From a candidate division WOR-3 bacterium (GTDB lineage: Bacteria; Hydrothermota; Tepidihabitantia; SM23-42), in NCBI GenBank assembly GCA_020353055.1, contig CP070686.1, forward strand, positions 94,804-158,803: 64,000 bases of DNA, given 5' to 3'. The notes below the pieces were generated by a model. The model was not told the DNA's origin. It saw only the letters and a list, made by a program, of their open reading frames with translations, and searched no databases. Made by a program: the position numbers and the translations under genes. This document shows, one piece after another, positions 9,279-20,046 of this stretch. How positions within the stretch are numbered: the first letter of the stretch is position 1; the number at the start of each line of letters is the position of its first letter.

Positions 9279-9981
9279 CCCAAACAGTATCCATCTCTTC
9301 GAGACCTACATCAGCGATATCCTTGCCCTTACTCTTCAATTCCTGGAGAACCTTTCTGAACCGCCCGACAAATTTCTTGTTGGCATTTCTCAAGGCGTCT
9401 TCGGGATCGATATTCATATGGCGCGCCAGATTAACGCAAGCGAACAAGAGATCCCCTATTTCTTCATAGCGCGCCGGCTCTGCGCTTTTCTCGACCTCGA
9501 CGATCTCTTCACGTACCTTCTCCAGAGGCCCATCATGTGTGGACCAGTCAAAACCAAGTCTCGCCGCCCTCTCCTGAATTACCTTTGCCGCCAAAAGCGC
9601 CGGAAGGATCTCTGGTACACCGGCAAAGATATCCTCCTTGCTTTTGTGCCAGAATTCCAATACGGCATCCTCATCCTTCAATTCTCTTTCCCCAAACACA
9701 TGCGGATGCTTACCGCGATATTTCTTAATCGCCGCATCTAAGAGGCTATCGAAATCCACCCTGCCTTCCTCTTCCACGATCCGCGCAAGAAACATGGACA
9801 AGAATATGACGTCGCCGATCTCCTCAACGATCGCAGCGAGATCGTCTTCAGAGATCGCCTGGACGAGTTCATAGGATTCCTCGATCACTTTACTTTTCAA
9901 AGATTGCAGAGTCTGGGACTTATCCCAGGGGCACCTGTCTCGTAGGGTCTTTACAAGATCAAAAAGTTCATTCAACTTCAT
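9256..9981 (-). CDS. mazG: Nucleoside triphosphate pyrophosphohydrolase MazG
   Basis: Tandem MazG EExxE motifs: ESYELVQA...EEIGDVIF and EEIGDLLFACVNLAR. Confidence 0.75.
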   Translation of the reverse strand: MKLNELFDLVKTLRDRCPWDKSQTLQSLKSKVIEESYELVQAISEDDLAAIVEEIGDVIFLSMFLARIVEEEGRVDFDSLLDAAIKKYRGKHPHVFGERELKDEDAVLEFWHKSKEDIFAGVPEILPALLAAKVIQERAARLGFDWSTHDGPLEKVREEIVEVEKSAEPARYEEIGDLLFACVNLARHMNIDPEDALRNANKKFVGRFRKVLQELKSKGKDIADVGLEEMDTVWDDIKENE

Positions 9982-10013
9982 AACAATCTGATTTTGTCGA
10001 GAGCAATGCAGAT

Positions 10014-10682
10014 CTATTCTTCTTCATCAACCTGCATCGTTTTACTGAGGTTTCTCTCCTGAAAATCCGTATAGAAATTTTCCTCGAAATTCAAGCAGCA
10101 AAGAAGCTTGCCGCATACACCTGATATTTTGCTCGGGGATACATAAAGTTTTTGTTCTCTCGCCATACGCAAGGAAATCGATTTCAACTCGTTCAAGAAT
10201 GCAGAGCAACAAAGATTCCGTCCGCATGGGCCAATTCCGCCGAAGAGTTTTGAATAATCGCGGACGCCTATCTGCTTGATGACAACGCGCTTGTTTAATT
10301 TCTGGGAAATATGGCGGTGGAGTCTCCGGAATTCCAGTCTCTTCTCAGCCGTGAAATAGAACATCACCCGCTCTTCATCAAACTGGCAGTGGCAATATAC
10401 TGGTTTCATCGCCACCCCAAATTCATCGACCGCCTTCTTGAACTCAATTAGGCAATAATCCTCATACTCCTGCAGTTCCTGCCTCTTCTGGAGGTCTTCT
10501 TGGGTCACCCTGCGTATGACTTCTCCGTATACACCTCCGGCTTCCTCTTTCTGAAGGGTGAGCACTTTACCGATATCGATCCCTTCCTTACTCTTCAATA
10601 TAACATGCTCACCTACTGCACAGCCCGTATCGCTACGGCAGAACTCAGCGCGGAAAGGTGTAATAAGCAATTGATAGATCAT
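10014..10682 (-). CDS. PSP1 C-terminal domain protein (YaaT/RicT-like)
   Basis: GPCGRNLCCSAFL...GVCGKLLCC Cys pairs, characteristic of the PSP1/YaaT family. Confidence 0.65.
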   Translation of the reverse strand: MIYQLLITPFRAEFCRSDTGCAVGEHVILKSKEGIDIGKVLTLQKEEAGGVYGEVIRRVTQEDLQKRQELQEYEDYCLIEFKKAVDEFGVAMKPVYCHCQFDEERVMFYFTAEKRLEFRRLHRHISQKLNKRVVIKQIGVRDYSKLFGGIGPCGRNLCCSAFLNELKSISLRMAREQKLYVSPSKISGVCGKLLCCLNFEENFYTDFQERNLSKTMQVDEEE

Positions 10683-10978
10683 TTCTTGTGTATCAGATAT
10701 ATTTTCTCGTCTTTCTTGATCATTCCCAAATCTTCTCGAGCCTTGGTTTCAATAAGACTACCCTTTTTGTATTCATCAATTCTCTGCTTCAACACATCAT
10801 TTTCCGCACGGAGTATTATCTTCTCCTTAGCCAATCTCTTCTCCTCAAAAATTGCGTCGGCAAATCGATAGACCCTTCTGCCCAAGTAGAACAGCGGCAC
10901 GGCGAGAACAGCAGCAACAAGAATTATCTTGTATCGTTTAGATGTCCGCTTGCGCCGTCGTTTCATGACTTTATACAA
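10679..10978 (-). CDS. Septum formation initiator FtsB/DivIC-like
   Basis: Basic N-terminus, one TM helix, then a coiled-coil (ENDVLKQRIDEYKK). 99 aa. Confidence 0.45.
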   Translation of the reverse strand: MYKVMKRRRKRTSKRYKIILVAAVLAVPLFYLGRRVYRFADAIFEEKRLAKEKIILRAENDVLKQRIDEYKKGSLIETKAREDLGMIKKDEKIYLIHKK

Positions 10979-11048
10979 ATTAAATTATACGGATAATAGA
11001 AAATTTGTCAATAAACGCAACATTGTGGCTTGCGTATAATGAACATCT

Positions 11049-12467
11049 TCAGCGATTGGAATAATTCCTGCCGTTGCGAATTATCAGTCCCACGAACTGA
11101 GCAATGCGAACCTTCGCAGATTGTCTAAGATAGTACATGAGAGCGCCGAGCGGCTGTCCTCTCGGTTCCTGAACCCAACTCAAGGGAATGTGCGCGGTCC
11201 AGCGTAACAATCCGGTTAACCCGAATAAGACCTGCTCTGGGTGTAGATACAGACCAAACAACTCAACTGACCCCGGCAGGAAGAACCCGGAGAGCAGCAT
11301 TGTAACCATCATCGCAGTTCCTGAGAAAGCACCGAGAATTCCCGAGTAGATCTGACGTCTCTCCCTCGGGGCAATGGACAGAACAAAATTCATGGCAACG
11401 ATATTTGTGCCCGACCACATTATACCCGACGTCATCGCTTCCAGGTAGAGAATCCAGGTGTTATTCGTGTTAATAAACAGCCACACTAATGGATTGATCC
11501 CACCCAATATGATAGCGACTCGCATCGCTGTTTTATTGCCGAATCTATCAATGATCATACCCCAGGGCCGAAGCGCCAAAATTGCTGCCACGGCACTGAT
11601 CGTGCCATAGATTTGAATGTCAACGAGAGACATATGTAATTTCTGAATCATAAAGGGTTGCCAGAACGGCGACCCAATCCCTAATGCCAGCATCCACCAA
11701 AAACTATAGACAAGGAATTTACGGAAATTAATATCACGCATCGGTTTCATTAACATTGATCCGATATGCTCCTTTTCGATTTCTTTTGGGCGCTCCGGCT
11801 GCCGTTTCAGAAATGTCACGCCAAGAAAACCGAAGATCGCGGCGATCACGAACACAAGCACGAATGCAATATCAATATGATCAATCGAAAAAAAGCCAAC
11901 GTTCTTGATCGTTACAAACTTCTCAATTAAACCCTTGGTTTTTGGATCGAAGATGTCAACGAAGGCTCCCAGCACGTAACCGATCAGCAAACCTCCGATC
12001 ATGAAATAACGGGAGCGCCAGGAGAAAAATCTCCCCCTTACACGGTCAGGCACCATATCTGAGATCCAAGCTATCCAGGCATTAGTACCCATGGCGTGCA
12101 TCGAAGTACTTATCGAAAGCAGCAAGAGGAAAACCCAAATCCCCGCATATCGGGGGAACAAGAAGGGAAGAATTCCATAAAGGATGGTGAGTGCGCGGCC
12201 CGCTGTCGCCAGTTTGATTATGATCTTTTTGCGGGACGTTCCCCGCCGGGTGATCATAATTCCGAATGGTTGGAAGACAAGTGCCAATTGGCCGATGGCA
12301 GCAAGTAACCCCAAATGAAATGGCATGGCGCCGAGCAGCAAGGCGAATCTTGTGATAAAGGCACTGCCCACACTTGCCAGTGCAATATAAATCTGGGTAT
12401 AAACACCCTCGGTTACAGAAAATCTTACGGTATGACGAAGCTCGGATGACCTGCCGTCATTAGCCAT
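11049..12467 (-). CDS. MFS transporter
   Basis: Twelve or more predicted TM segments and an MFS-like motif (DRVRGRFFSWR). Confidence 0.65.
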   Translation of the reverse strand: MANDGRSSELRHTVRFSVTEGVYTQIYIALASVGSAFITRFALLLGAMPFHLGLLAAIGQLALVFQPFGIMITRRGTSRKKIIIKLATAGRALTILYGILPFLFPRYAGIWVFLLLLSISTSMHAMGTNAWIAWISDMVPDRVRGRFFSWRSRYFMIGGLLIGYVLGAFVDIFDPKTKGLIEKFVTIKNVGFFSIDHIDIAFVLVFVIAAIFGFLGVTFLKRQPERPKEIEKEHIGSMLMKPMRDINFRKFLVYSFWWMLALGIGSPFWQPFMIQKLHMSLVDIQIYGTISAVAAILALRPWGMIIDRFGNKTAMRVAIILGGINPLVWLFINTNNTWILYLEAMTSGIMWSGTNIVAMNFVLSIAPRERRQIYSGILGAFSGTAMMVTMLLSGFFLPGSVELFGLYLHPEQVLFGLTGLLRWTAHIPLSWVQEPRGQPLGALMYYLRQSAKVRIAQFVGLIIRNGRNYSNR

Positions 12468-12711
12468 GAATCGTCAAAGATAGACAATTTTACAGCGATG
12501 TCAATATTCAATAATCCACGCACTTGAATCATGTGGTTTTTGGTGTTCTTTGCATATTTCGCATTTTGAATTGCGAATTTCGAAATTTCAAAAGACGTTA
12601 GTTTCGTTGGCACCGCTAATACCGTTTACCCGCTATTTTCGACATTACTCTATCTGGTGGACGTCAATTGTTTCAACGATAATAACGATACTAGCGGAAT
12701 TAACGGACACA

Positions 12712-12749
12712 ACGAAAAAGAAAGGGGCGGCCTCAGCCGCCCCTTTTGC
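12712..12749. terminator. Rho-independent terminator downstream of the giant adhesin gene
   Basis: GGGGCGGC-ctca-GCCGCCCC, flanked by a T-run on the + strand and an A-run (so a T-run on the - strand). Confidence 0.7.
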
Positions 12750-12768
12750 CTGCATATTTTAGTAATGA

Positions 12769-15700
12769 TCACCGAACGTGGATGATTTTCCTGGTATCTT
12801 TCAGTTCATCGGTCGTTATGCGCATGAAGTAAACACCCTCGGCCAACCGGCGTCCAAGATTATCAGTCCCCTGCCAGTTAACAACATAATAACCCGGTGC
12901 CTTGGTTTCGTCGATGAGCGTCTTGACCCGCTGTCCAGCAGCGTTGTAGATCGAAATGTTCACGTGCATGCTCTGTGGCACACCATACTCGATCCGCGTC
13001 AACTGGCTGAAAGGATTGGGTCGATTCTGGTTAAGGAATACATGATCGGGTATCATTCCAATCAGGTTGTTCTCGTTGATACCGGTAACCGTAAATGCGT
13101 AGTAACCGGTCAACGGATCCTGACCCGTATTCTGCAACCATGACATATCCTGACTGAACATGTAGAACTCGATCAGTGTATAACTGGAATAACTCGGTAT
13201 CGTGTAGTAGTAGGTGTTGCCAGAAATGCTGTCGTGCGTTACGTACGTGAACGATCCACCGTCCGCACGATAGCCGAGCGAATCATACTCCAAGCCGCTC
13301 CAATCTGTGATGTCGCTCGAAACGGGCCACGGTCCGCCAACCAGAGAATCATATGTCGTGTTCAAGTAGGCAGGTCCACTATAATCCACGCCAATCGTGA
13401 CTTCGTTCGAGTAGTAAGACATCGTATCGGGCGCCGTATAGTTTGCCTTCACCACGTAGTAATACTGGGTTTCGTTCGTGAGCACACTGTCAACGAGCGA
13501 ACTCTCCGAGGTTGTACCAACCGAAGTGTAAGGTCCGCCCTGTGTCGTGCTGCGTTCCACCTCAAAATTGCTGATGCCCAGAATTCTTTCCAATAAAGTC
13601 TGACCAGCAGCAACATCCAGTGGTTCCGGCACGACACTTGTCAACCGTCGATTCATGGCTCGCTCAGTGCCGAACTTGGTCTTACCGGAACTGTACGGCA
13701 AAACCACACTGCTCGAAACGCGGCGCGAAACAACACCCTCGGTAGTAGGTGGAATGTAACTGACGACTGCAGTCGTGAAGAAATCATAACCACTCGGCAG
13801 CCATCCGCTACCCTCGTTGTATTTGCTGCGCGTCGTGTTGGCGCCGGCATCACACAGTATCCACGGCGTATCGTCACCCAACCACTCATATCCAATATGA
13901 AAATCGCCGTCGACAACGATGTTCTCGCCCGAGAGATCGAACACCTCGGCATTAGGATATGTTTGAGTGTTAATTACCGTATCCAAGAACAACACCGTAC
14001 CCGGATAGCCGGACCCGTCATCCGCCCAGACATAGAAGGCGAAAGTGTCCGTATGCGTATAGAACGTAATCGAAGCCGCTTCTAATTTACAGGGCGTATG
14101 CTGAGGAGTGAACTGCGTGGACACCATATCGCCAGAATCAGATGACCAGTAATATGTGATTCCAGTGTGATAGGAAAGCTCCTCACCCGGCGGCAACCAG
14201 CCCAACAACACCGTCGTATCGGCCTGGCCCTCAGCCGTGAGATCGGTCGGCGCCATCGGTGAAAGTACCCAGAAACTCTCGGTAGCGCTGGTCGAACTGT
14301 TCATCGAGTTATCAACCGCCTTTACGTAGTACTCGACCACCGTGCCTGGTGCCTGAGTCGGCATTTGATACGCAAAGGTATCACCGCTCACGCCCACGTT
14401 CCCGACCGCTGTGATCGTATCATTGACTACGTAGTACAATGAGTCGGCAAGGATACCAGATGCATCGGTTATAACGGCGCTGACGCCATATGGACCAGGA
14501 CCATAAGTATTACCCTGCAGTGTAACGAGTGTTATGTCTGGACCGGTTGTATCCGCCAGGAAGTCGAGCCTGAAATCATCGACATACCAATACATCTCAT
14601 CTGTAGCCACGTAATTGAAAGCGACCTTGACATCCGACTGACCGGTGACCAGAGAGGTCACATCGAAACTCTCTATACCCGAAGAATCGGCATTCGAGTA
14701 TATGGCAACCGTCTGCCAGTGCGCCCCGCCATCCGTGCTCAACAGCACCCGGCCCGAGTCGAGGTTAGAGGTAGTATAATCATTATAATAGTGCCAGTAT
14801 GATAATGTATAGGTGCCGCCACTATTCGAACAGTCGAGCCGTGGCGAGATCAACCAGTCGTCGCTGGTTTCAACCGGAGACCAGTAAATGCGGGCCACAT
14901 TGCTGCTCGTAGTCGAATAGTAGTACTTGTGCCAGTCATTGTTGTTGACGATGTTCGGCGTCTCGGTTCCACCATCGATGATCACCCAGCCGCATTGTGG
15001 AGGACTCGTCGAATTCAACCAATCCTCTTCGAAATCCTTATAAAACGGCGGCACATGAGCGAACGGACATACCGCAAAGGTAATGCTCGTCGTGTCGTTC
15101 GTAGCATCCTGGTCACCCGGCAATTTCGTACCCGCCCAGAGTGTTATGTCCCCTGAACTCGAAGGAACGTATTTCGTTGAAAACGTGAAATCATCGGTCT
15201 GGCCGATCAAGAGTGAACCGGTCCACGTCTCGGTCGTCGTGTCCGCACCGCCATCCGTGAAGAACACCGGCGTCGTCGTCAGCGGATTCAGACCATAATT
15301 CCTTACTGTCGCTACAACCTCGAGACTATCGCCAACAAATAGCGGCGGATTGAATGGCGCGATCGCATTAACACCAGCATCGGTCATTGCCGCGGTAGCC
15401 GTTGTCGTAAAGATCCAGACTGAATCAATGAACATCCGGTAACCCGACTTGCTCACCGCGAGAAATCCAATATACAGATCCATGTTCGCGGCAAAGTCAC
15501 CGATCTCGACATCGAACACGCGCCAGGCATCCATAGTATCTACGCGGTCAAAGCCGGCAACAGTCGTGTAATTGACGTCATCGAACGAGTATTCAACATA
15601 TATGGAATCGTTCTGAGTCGCATAACCATCATCGCCGAACATATAAAAGCGCAGCATTACCTTCTTCGCCGAAGGACCGATATCGAATTGATGGGTCCGC

Positions 15701-17451
15701 AGGCGCGCCATATAACCGGCCGATGCACTGTAACTGTTGTACCCGGCAACTGCGTAACCTTCAAGAACGGGTGCCGTAGGAAGAGTTGGCGATGTATACC
15801 GTTCCCAGTTATACGTACCAGAAAGTATCGTTGCCGCCCAGCCCTGCGGAGGAAAATCGAGCACGTTGAAGCCGGATGCTGCCACCGTGCTGTCATCATA
15901 GACTTCCATATGCAAGATTGCAGTGTCATTAGCAGGATTTTCATCACCCCCGAGCATCGTGTATACATACAGCGTGTCCCAACCGAGAGTATTGAACGTT
16001 ATCGGTATCTTCACTGAATCAGTAGTGGCTGGAGAAAGCGTTCCGCTGTATACCACACTGCCACTCGCCGGGTTGGTCTGGAAAGAATATCCTACACTGA
16101 ACCCCGTCTGTGCGGCCGTACCTGAATTTGTGATGCTGACCGTAATCGTATCCTGCAGATTGATTATCGACGTCGGATTGTGCAACATCGCATAGTTGAC
16201 ACCGAGATCGTTGGTATACCAGACCTGCTCTGCCTCGTAAATATCATAGTAACCGGCAATCGCGATCTCATCATTCGCTGTACGGTACTTGTCCACGTCT
16301 CCTATATCGATGCCATAACTGGTTCCACCTGGTGAGAACAGCGCCTGCTCGCCCCATGTCGAACCAGAGCCGTAGACAACGCGAACTTCATATGGCGATG
16401 TGCTGGTCACATAAGCGATTTCATCACCCGGATTCTCATCCAGGCAATCACCGACATCAATTTCATAGATATACAGATAGGCCGGAGGCGTGTAACAGGC
16501 ACGGTAGGACCAACTCGTACCCGAACCATAAACTTCGACTATTGCACCATAGTCGTCCGTATAGGTTCCACCGCATCCGATCGCTATCTCGTCTCCCGGA
16601 TGGCTGGCATCGAAATCGCCAACCTCTACTGCATACATATTGAAATCAACAGGAGCCATGAGTATCTGATACAGATCCCAGGAGCTCGTACCAGAGTTCC
16701 ACATTATTTCCATGACTTCTGCGGAACCAGTCGGACCGTAGGTAACTGCCACGATCTCATTACCAGTGTGACTGGCATCAAAATCGCCGATCGCCACGCC
16801 ATAACAGGTGGTGCCGTTACCGTCCCACAGCCGGAGCGTATCCCAACTAGTGCCATTCCAGTACGCTCTCATCACCGCATATCTGTTCGTATAGATTATT
16901 TCATCGGCATAGCCGTCGTTGTTCGCATCGCCGATTTTGATATCATAGATATAACCGTAGGTGCCGTTGTAAGTAATAATCGTATCATCCACATTCCAGC
17001 CCGTGCCGGTCCAGTATTTCCATAGCATGTTGTACGGGGAACTGGTCCGACCAAAAATAAGATCATTATCGCCGTCACGGTCGACGTCGCCGATTGCCGC
17101 CGAATAAAATCCAGTCCCGGGTTGATAGATTGTATCAGCGATCCATCGATTTTCTATAGGTGTGGTCGATGAGGTCGAAGTATCGGTCATGAGCATGACG
17201 TTTCTCGGTGATGCAGACGAGACACTGAAAAGCCGTATCGTATCGTCAGTAGCACTTTTTATCTTCGTGCCGATAATGATATCCCGCAAGGTGGCAGTAC
17301 CGTCATACAACTTGGTGTTCGACCAATTGGCGCGGGTCCCGAACGACGTAGCTGCATACACCGGTCGAAAAGCATCATCACCCTTTTGAGCCCACGCTGA
17401 TGATATAACGGCCACCATCAGCAAGAGCACCATCAATGATTTACTCATCAT
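12769..17451 (-). CDS. Giant secreted FG-GAP/VCBS-repeat adhesin-like protein with T9SS C-terminal sorting domain
   Basis: Signal peptide. Multiple FG-GAP repeats (IGDVDRDGDNDLIFG, VGDFDASHPGDEIAI and others). C-terminus NPFSQLTRIEYG...ISIYNAAGQRVKTLID...GVYFMRI matches a T9SS type-A CTD. Confidence 0.8.
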   Translation of the reverse strand: MMSKSLMVLLLMVAVISSAWAQKGDDAFRPVYAATSFGTRANWSNTKLYDGTATLRDIIIGTKIKSATDDTIRLFSVSSASPRNVMLMTDTSTSSTTPIENRWIADTIYQPGTGFYSAAIGDVDRDGDNDLIFGRTSSPYNMLWKYWTGTGWNVDDTIITYNGTYGYIYDIKIGDANNDGYADEIIYTNRYAVMRAYWNGTSWDTLRLWDGNGTTCYGVAIGDFDASHTGNEIVAVTYGPTGSAEVMEIMWNSGTSSWDLYQILMAPVDFNMYAVEVGDFDASHPGDEIAIGCGGTYTDDYGAIVEVYGSGTSWSYRACYTPPAYLYIYEIDVGDCLDENPGDEIAYVTSTSPYEVRVVYGSGSTWGEQALFSPGGTSYGIDIGDVDKYRTANDEIAIAGYYDIYEAEQVWYTNDLGVNYAMLHNPTSIINLQDTITVSITNSGTAAQTGFSVGYSFQTNPASGSVVYSGTLSPATTDSVKIPITFNTLGWDTLYVYTMLGGDENPANDTAILHMEVYDDSTVAASGFNVLDFPPQGWAATILSGTYNWERYTSPTLPTAPVLEGYAVAGYNSYSASAGYMARLRTHQFDIGPSAKKVMLRFYMFGDDGYATQNDSIYVEYSFDDVNYTTVAGFDRVDTMDAWRVFDVEIGDFAANMDLYIGFLAVSKSGYRMFIDSVWIFTTTATAAMTDAGVNAIAPFNPPLFVGDSLEVVATVRNYGLNPLTTTPVFFTDGGADTTTETWTGSLLIGQTDDFTFSTKYVPSSSGDITLWAGTKLPGDQDATNDTTSITFAVCPFAHVPPFYKDFEEDWLNSTSPPQCGWVIIDGGTETPNIVNNNDWHKYYYSTTSSNVARIYWSPVETSDDWLISPRLDCSNSGGTYTLSYWHYYNDYTTSNLDSGRVLLSTDGGAHWQTVAIYSNADSSGIESFDVTSLVTGQSDVKVAFNYVATDEMYWYVDDFRLDFLADTTGPDITLVTLQGNTYGPGPYGVSAVITDASGILADSLYYVVNDTITAVGNVGVSGDTFAYQMPTQAPGTVVEYYVKAVDNSMNSSTSATESFWVLSPMAPTDLTAEGQADTTVLLGWLPPGEELSYHTGITYYWSSDSGDMVSTQFTPQHTPCKLEAASITFYTHTDTFAFYVWADDGSGYPGTVLFLDTVINTQTYPNAEVFDLSGENIVVDGDFHIGYEWLGDDTPWILCDAGANTTRSKYNEGSGWLPSGYDFFTTAVVSYIPPTTEGVVSRRVSSSVVLPYSSGKTKFGTERAMNRRLTSVVPEPLDVAAGQTLLERILGISNFEVERSTTQGGPYTSVGTTSESSLVDSVLTNETQYYYVVKANYTAPDTMSYYSNEVTIGVDYSGPAYLNTTYDSLVGGPWPVSSDITDWSGLEYDSLGYRADGGSFTYVTHDSISGNTYYYTIPSYSSYTLIEFYMFSQDMSWLQNTGQDPLTGYYAFTVTGINENNLIGMIPDHVFLNQNRPNPFSQLTRIEYGVPQSMHVNISIYNAAGQRVKTLIDETKAPGYYVVNWQGTDNLGRRLAEGVYFMRITTDELKDTRKIIHVR

Positions 17452-18042
17452 TCCTCCTCATTGTCTTTTTATGAAGTAATTACTCGCTGTGTTTCTCATT
17501 GTGCGGTCGCGTAAGCCACAACACTATTGTTGTGGCTTTCTTATTTGAACTTCCTTCGCATGCTCTCATAGTACAATCCGAGCATTACGAAGGTCATTTA
17601 CAAGCTTCTCATACCCAAATTCTCTATGCTCCATGCACCTCCATATGATATTATGCGCGTTGGCGCGCTCCGCTTGGCACTCCGCCCAATTTCAGTCTCT
17701 TACCCTTTCGTGCAGGATGTATGCTCTACTATTCAATCACAAAACCAGAGATTATAGTATATTGACCCAGACTGTCAATAGCCTATTTAGTCAATAAAAT
17801 CAATATTCAACGCGATAGAGGCAAGAGAACCCGCTCGCCCGCGGAAAGCATTGACATTTACCCCGAAGCTGACAAGGATCCGGGCTCTATCGCGTACACC
17901 CGTGTTCCCTTCCAACGACGTGCGCTCAATCTACGATATTTGGTTTGTTTTTTTGCGCGAAATTAAGGAAGTAAAGACCCTTTACTATACAGTGACCCGC
18001 GACTGCGAATTCTGGCAAATGAAAAAATGTCTTATAGAAAAT

Positions 18043-18489
18043 CTACAAATCCAGAGCGGCGCTACCCAATTTGACGCCACGCACCGAACTGGCAATAACA
18101 TAGACTCGCTCGTTATTGCTCTGGGGATCGACCGGGATAATAAAGAAACCTTTACGGTTCTTGCTGTAGCCAAGACTGATCCCACACATCACCTCACCGT
18201 CGTTGAATTCTATCTTTATCTTTATACCCCTGAGGTTGGTCGTATCTACTTCATCGAACCGCTTTTTTTCCTTATAGTTTGCATTGCCTTCCAGGGTCTT
18301 TACAAAGAATATTGCCTTCAAGTTTGGACAGAAAACTTCGGTTATCTTTCCCTTATCCTGGGCTAACTCAGAGTTAATATGGAATGAATCTTTCACCGGA
18401 TTAAAATCGTGCGTGTACCCTTTGAGTAAACGCCCATCCTTGAAGTGCACAACAATACGATTTCTCTCGGTAGTCACCCCATTCATCAT
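18043..18489 (-). CDS. Conserved hypothetical protein, paralog A of a two-member family in this window
   Basis: GAAGGAGG ribosome-binding site 6 nt upstream of the internal ATG. 148 aa. Roughly 55% identical to the protein at 21844..22287 (shared RIVxHFKDxRLLKGYTHDF ... GFFxIPVDPxSNNERxYV). Confidence 0.6.
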   Translation of the reverse strand: MMNGVTTERNRIVVHFKDGRLLKGYTHDFNPVKDSFHINSELAQDKGKITEVFCPNLKAIFFVKTLEGNANYKEKKRFDEVDTTNLRGIKIKIEFNDGEVMCGISLGYSKNRKGFFIIPVDPQSNNERVYVIASSVRGVKLGSAALDL

Positions 18490-18554
18490 ACAAACCTCCT
18501 TCGTAGAAATGATATTCAAAATTTGCCACATGTCAACAACTCACGCAATAACTT

Positions 18555-20024
18555 GTGACCTTATCATATGATTGCGTTGACACCGGTGAATATTCCCTTA
18601 TAATACCCTTCCATAATACACCAATGATAAGGAATAACCGAGAACGACCACTTCAAACCGAAGGTGTTAAAACCCTACTCGGCAACCCCAGAAAGGCGAT
18701 CATAAAACTCTCCATCCCCATGATCGTCGCGATGTCGGTACAGACCATCTATAGTTTCGTTGACGCGATATGGGTATCCGGCCTCGGGCCGGATGCACTA
18801 TCGGCAGTTGGCTTCTTCTTTCCTTTTTTCTTCATGATAATTGCACTATCAACCGGACTCGGTGTCGGCGGCGGCGCGGCCATCTCACGACGCCTCGGCG
18901 CTCAGGACAAGCCGGGTGCTGACAATGTGGCTGCACATTCAATGGTCATGCTTCTCATCGCTTCTATTTCTGTCACCCTTCCTTTCTTCTTCCTCGCCGG
19001 AGAGATCTTTGCGCGCATGGGTGCCGGAAGGGTCGCCCCCCTTGCAGCCACATACGCTCGTGTTATGTTCCTTGGCACGATCATCATCTTCTTCGCTCAT
19101 GTCACAAGTGCCCTACTCCGCGCAGAAGGCGATGTCCGAAGAGCGATGTACGCAATGATCGGGGGCGCGGGACTTAACATTATCCTGGACCCGATTTTCA
19201 TCTACACACTGCATCTGGGTGTAGCCGGCGCAGCATGGGCATCGATCATATCGATGTCAGTTTCCTCTTCTATGTTATTCTATTGGGTATGCATCAAACA
19301 CGATACCTATGTAGCGATAAGGTTAAGAGGTTTCCGCTTTAGTAGGAATATTATTGGTGATATCCTTCGCGTGGGCTTACCCGCATCAATAATGCAGATC
19401 ACCATGGCCTTCTCCGTTTTTCTCTTGAACCTCATCGCGGTCAGGGTAGCCGGAACCGACGGCGTCGCGGTATTTACCACTGGCTGGCGCGTTGCAATGT
19501 TCGCTTCACTCCCGCTCCTCGGGATGGCAACCGCTGTCGTATCGGTGTCCGGTGCCGCATTCGGTGCCCGTGAATTCAATAAACTCGACACCGCACACTT
19601 GTATGCTCTGAAAGCTGGAATTATCATTGAACTACTCGTGGCTTCGATCACGTTCATCTTTGCCGGAACGATAACTTCACTGTTCACGATGACCAAAGAA
19701 GCAGCGCGGATATCTGACGACCTCATCGTTTTCCTAAGAACGATGTGCGTGTATTACCCGGCTGCCGCCCTTGGTATTCTATCCTCGGCAGTCTTCCAGG
19801 GAATCGGCAAAGGAATCTATTCTCTTATCGTCACCATGGTGCGCACAATTGTTCTGGTCGCACCGCTCGCGTATCTTCTGTCGATTCACATGAACATGAA
19901 ATTACCCGGCATCTGGTGGGGAATCGTTGCCGGTAATACGATCGGAGGTGTCATTGCTTTTACCTGGGCGCGCTACACAATTCGAAGAATAAAAAACATT
20001 AATAAGAACAATGAGGCCACCTGA
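18555..20024 (+). CDS. MATE family efflux transporter
   Basis: Twelve TM helices. MATE N-terminal region SIPMIVAMSVQTIYSFVDAIWVSGLG. The true start may be the internal M at 18624. Confidence 0.75.
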   Translation: MTLSYDCVDTGEYSLIIPFHNTPMIRNNRERPLQTEGVKTLLGNPRKAIIKLSIPMIVAMSVQTIYSFVDAIWVSGLGPDALSAVGFFFPFFFMIIALSTGLGVGGGAAISRRLGAQDKPGADNVAAHSMVMLLIASISVTLPFFFLAGEIFARMGAGRVAPLAATYARVMFLGTIIIFFAHVTSALLRAEGDVRRAMYAMIGGAGLNIILDPIFIYTLHLGVAGAAWASIISMSVSSSMLFYWVCIKHDTYVAIRLRGFRFSRNIIGDILRVGLPASIMQITMAFSVFLLNLIAVRVAGTDGVAVFTTGWRVAMFASLPLLGMATAVVSVSGAAFGAREFNKLDTAHLYALKAGIIIELLVASITFIFAGTITSLFTMTKEAARISDDLIVFLRTMCVYYPAAALGILSSAVFQGIGKGIYSLIVTMVRTIVLVAPLAYLLSIHMNMKLPGIWWGIVAGNTIGGVIAFTWARYTIRRIKNINKNNEAT

Positions 20025-20046
20025 AAAGGGGTTTCTGAGAGAAGGT

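Noticed and set aside
13234-17389. ORFs on the plus strand and in alternative frames inside the 1560-aa adhesin gene
   Set aside because: They sit inside a single uninterrupted ORF that has a signal peptide, FG-GAP repeats and a CTD.
17851-18366. 171-aa plus-strand ORF
   Set aside because: It overlaps the minus-strand paralog A, which has a strong ribosome-binding site and a conserved paralog. It has no motifs and no ribosome-binding site.
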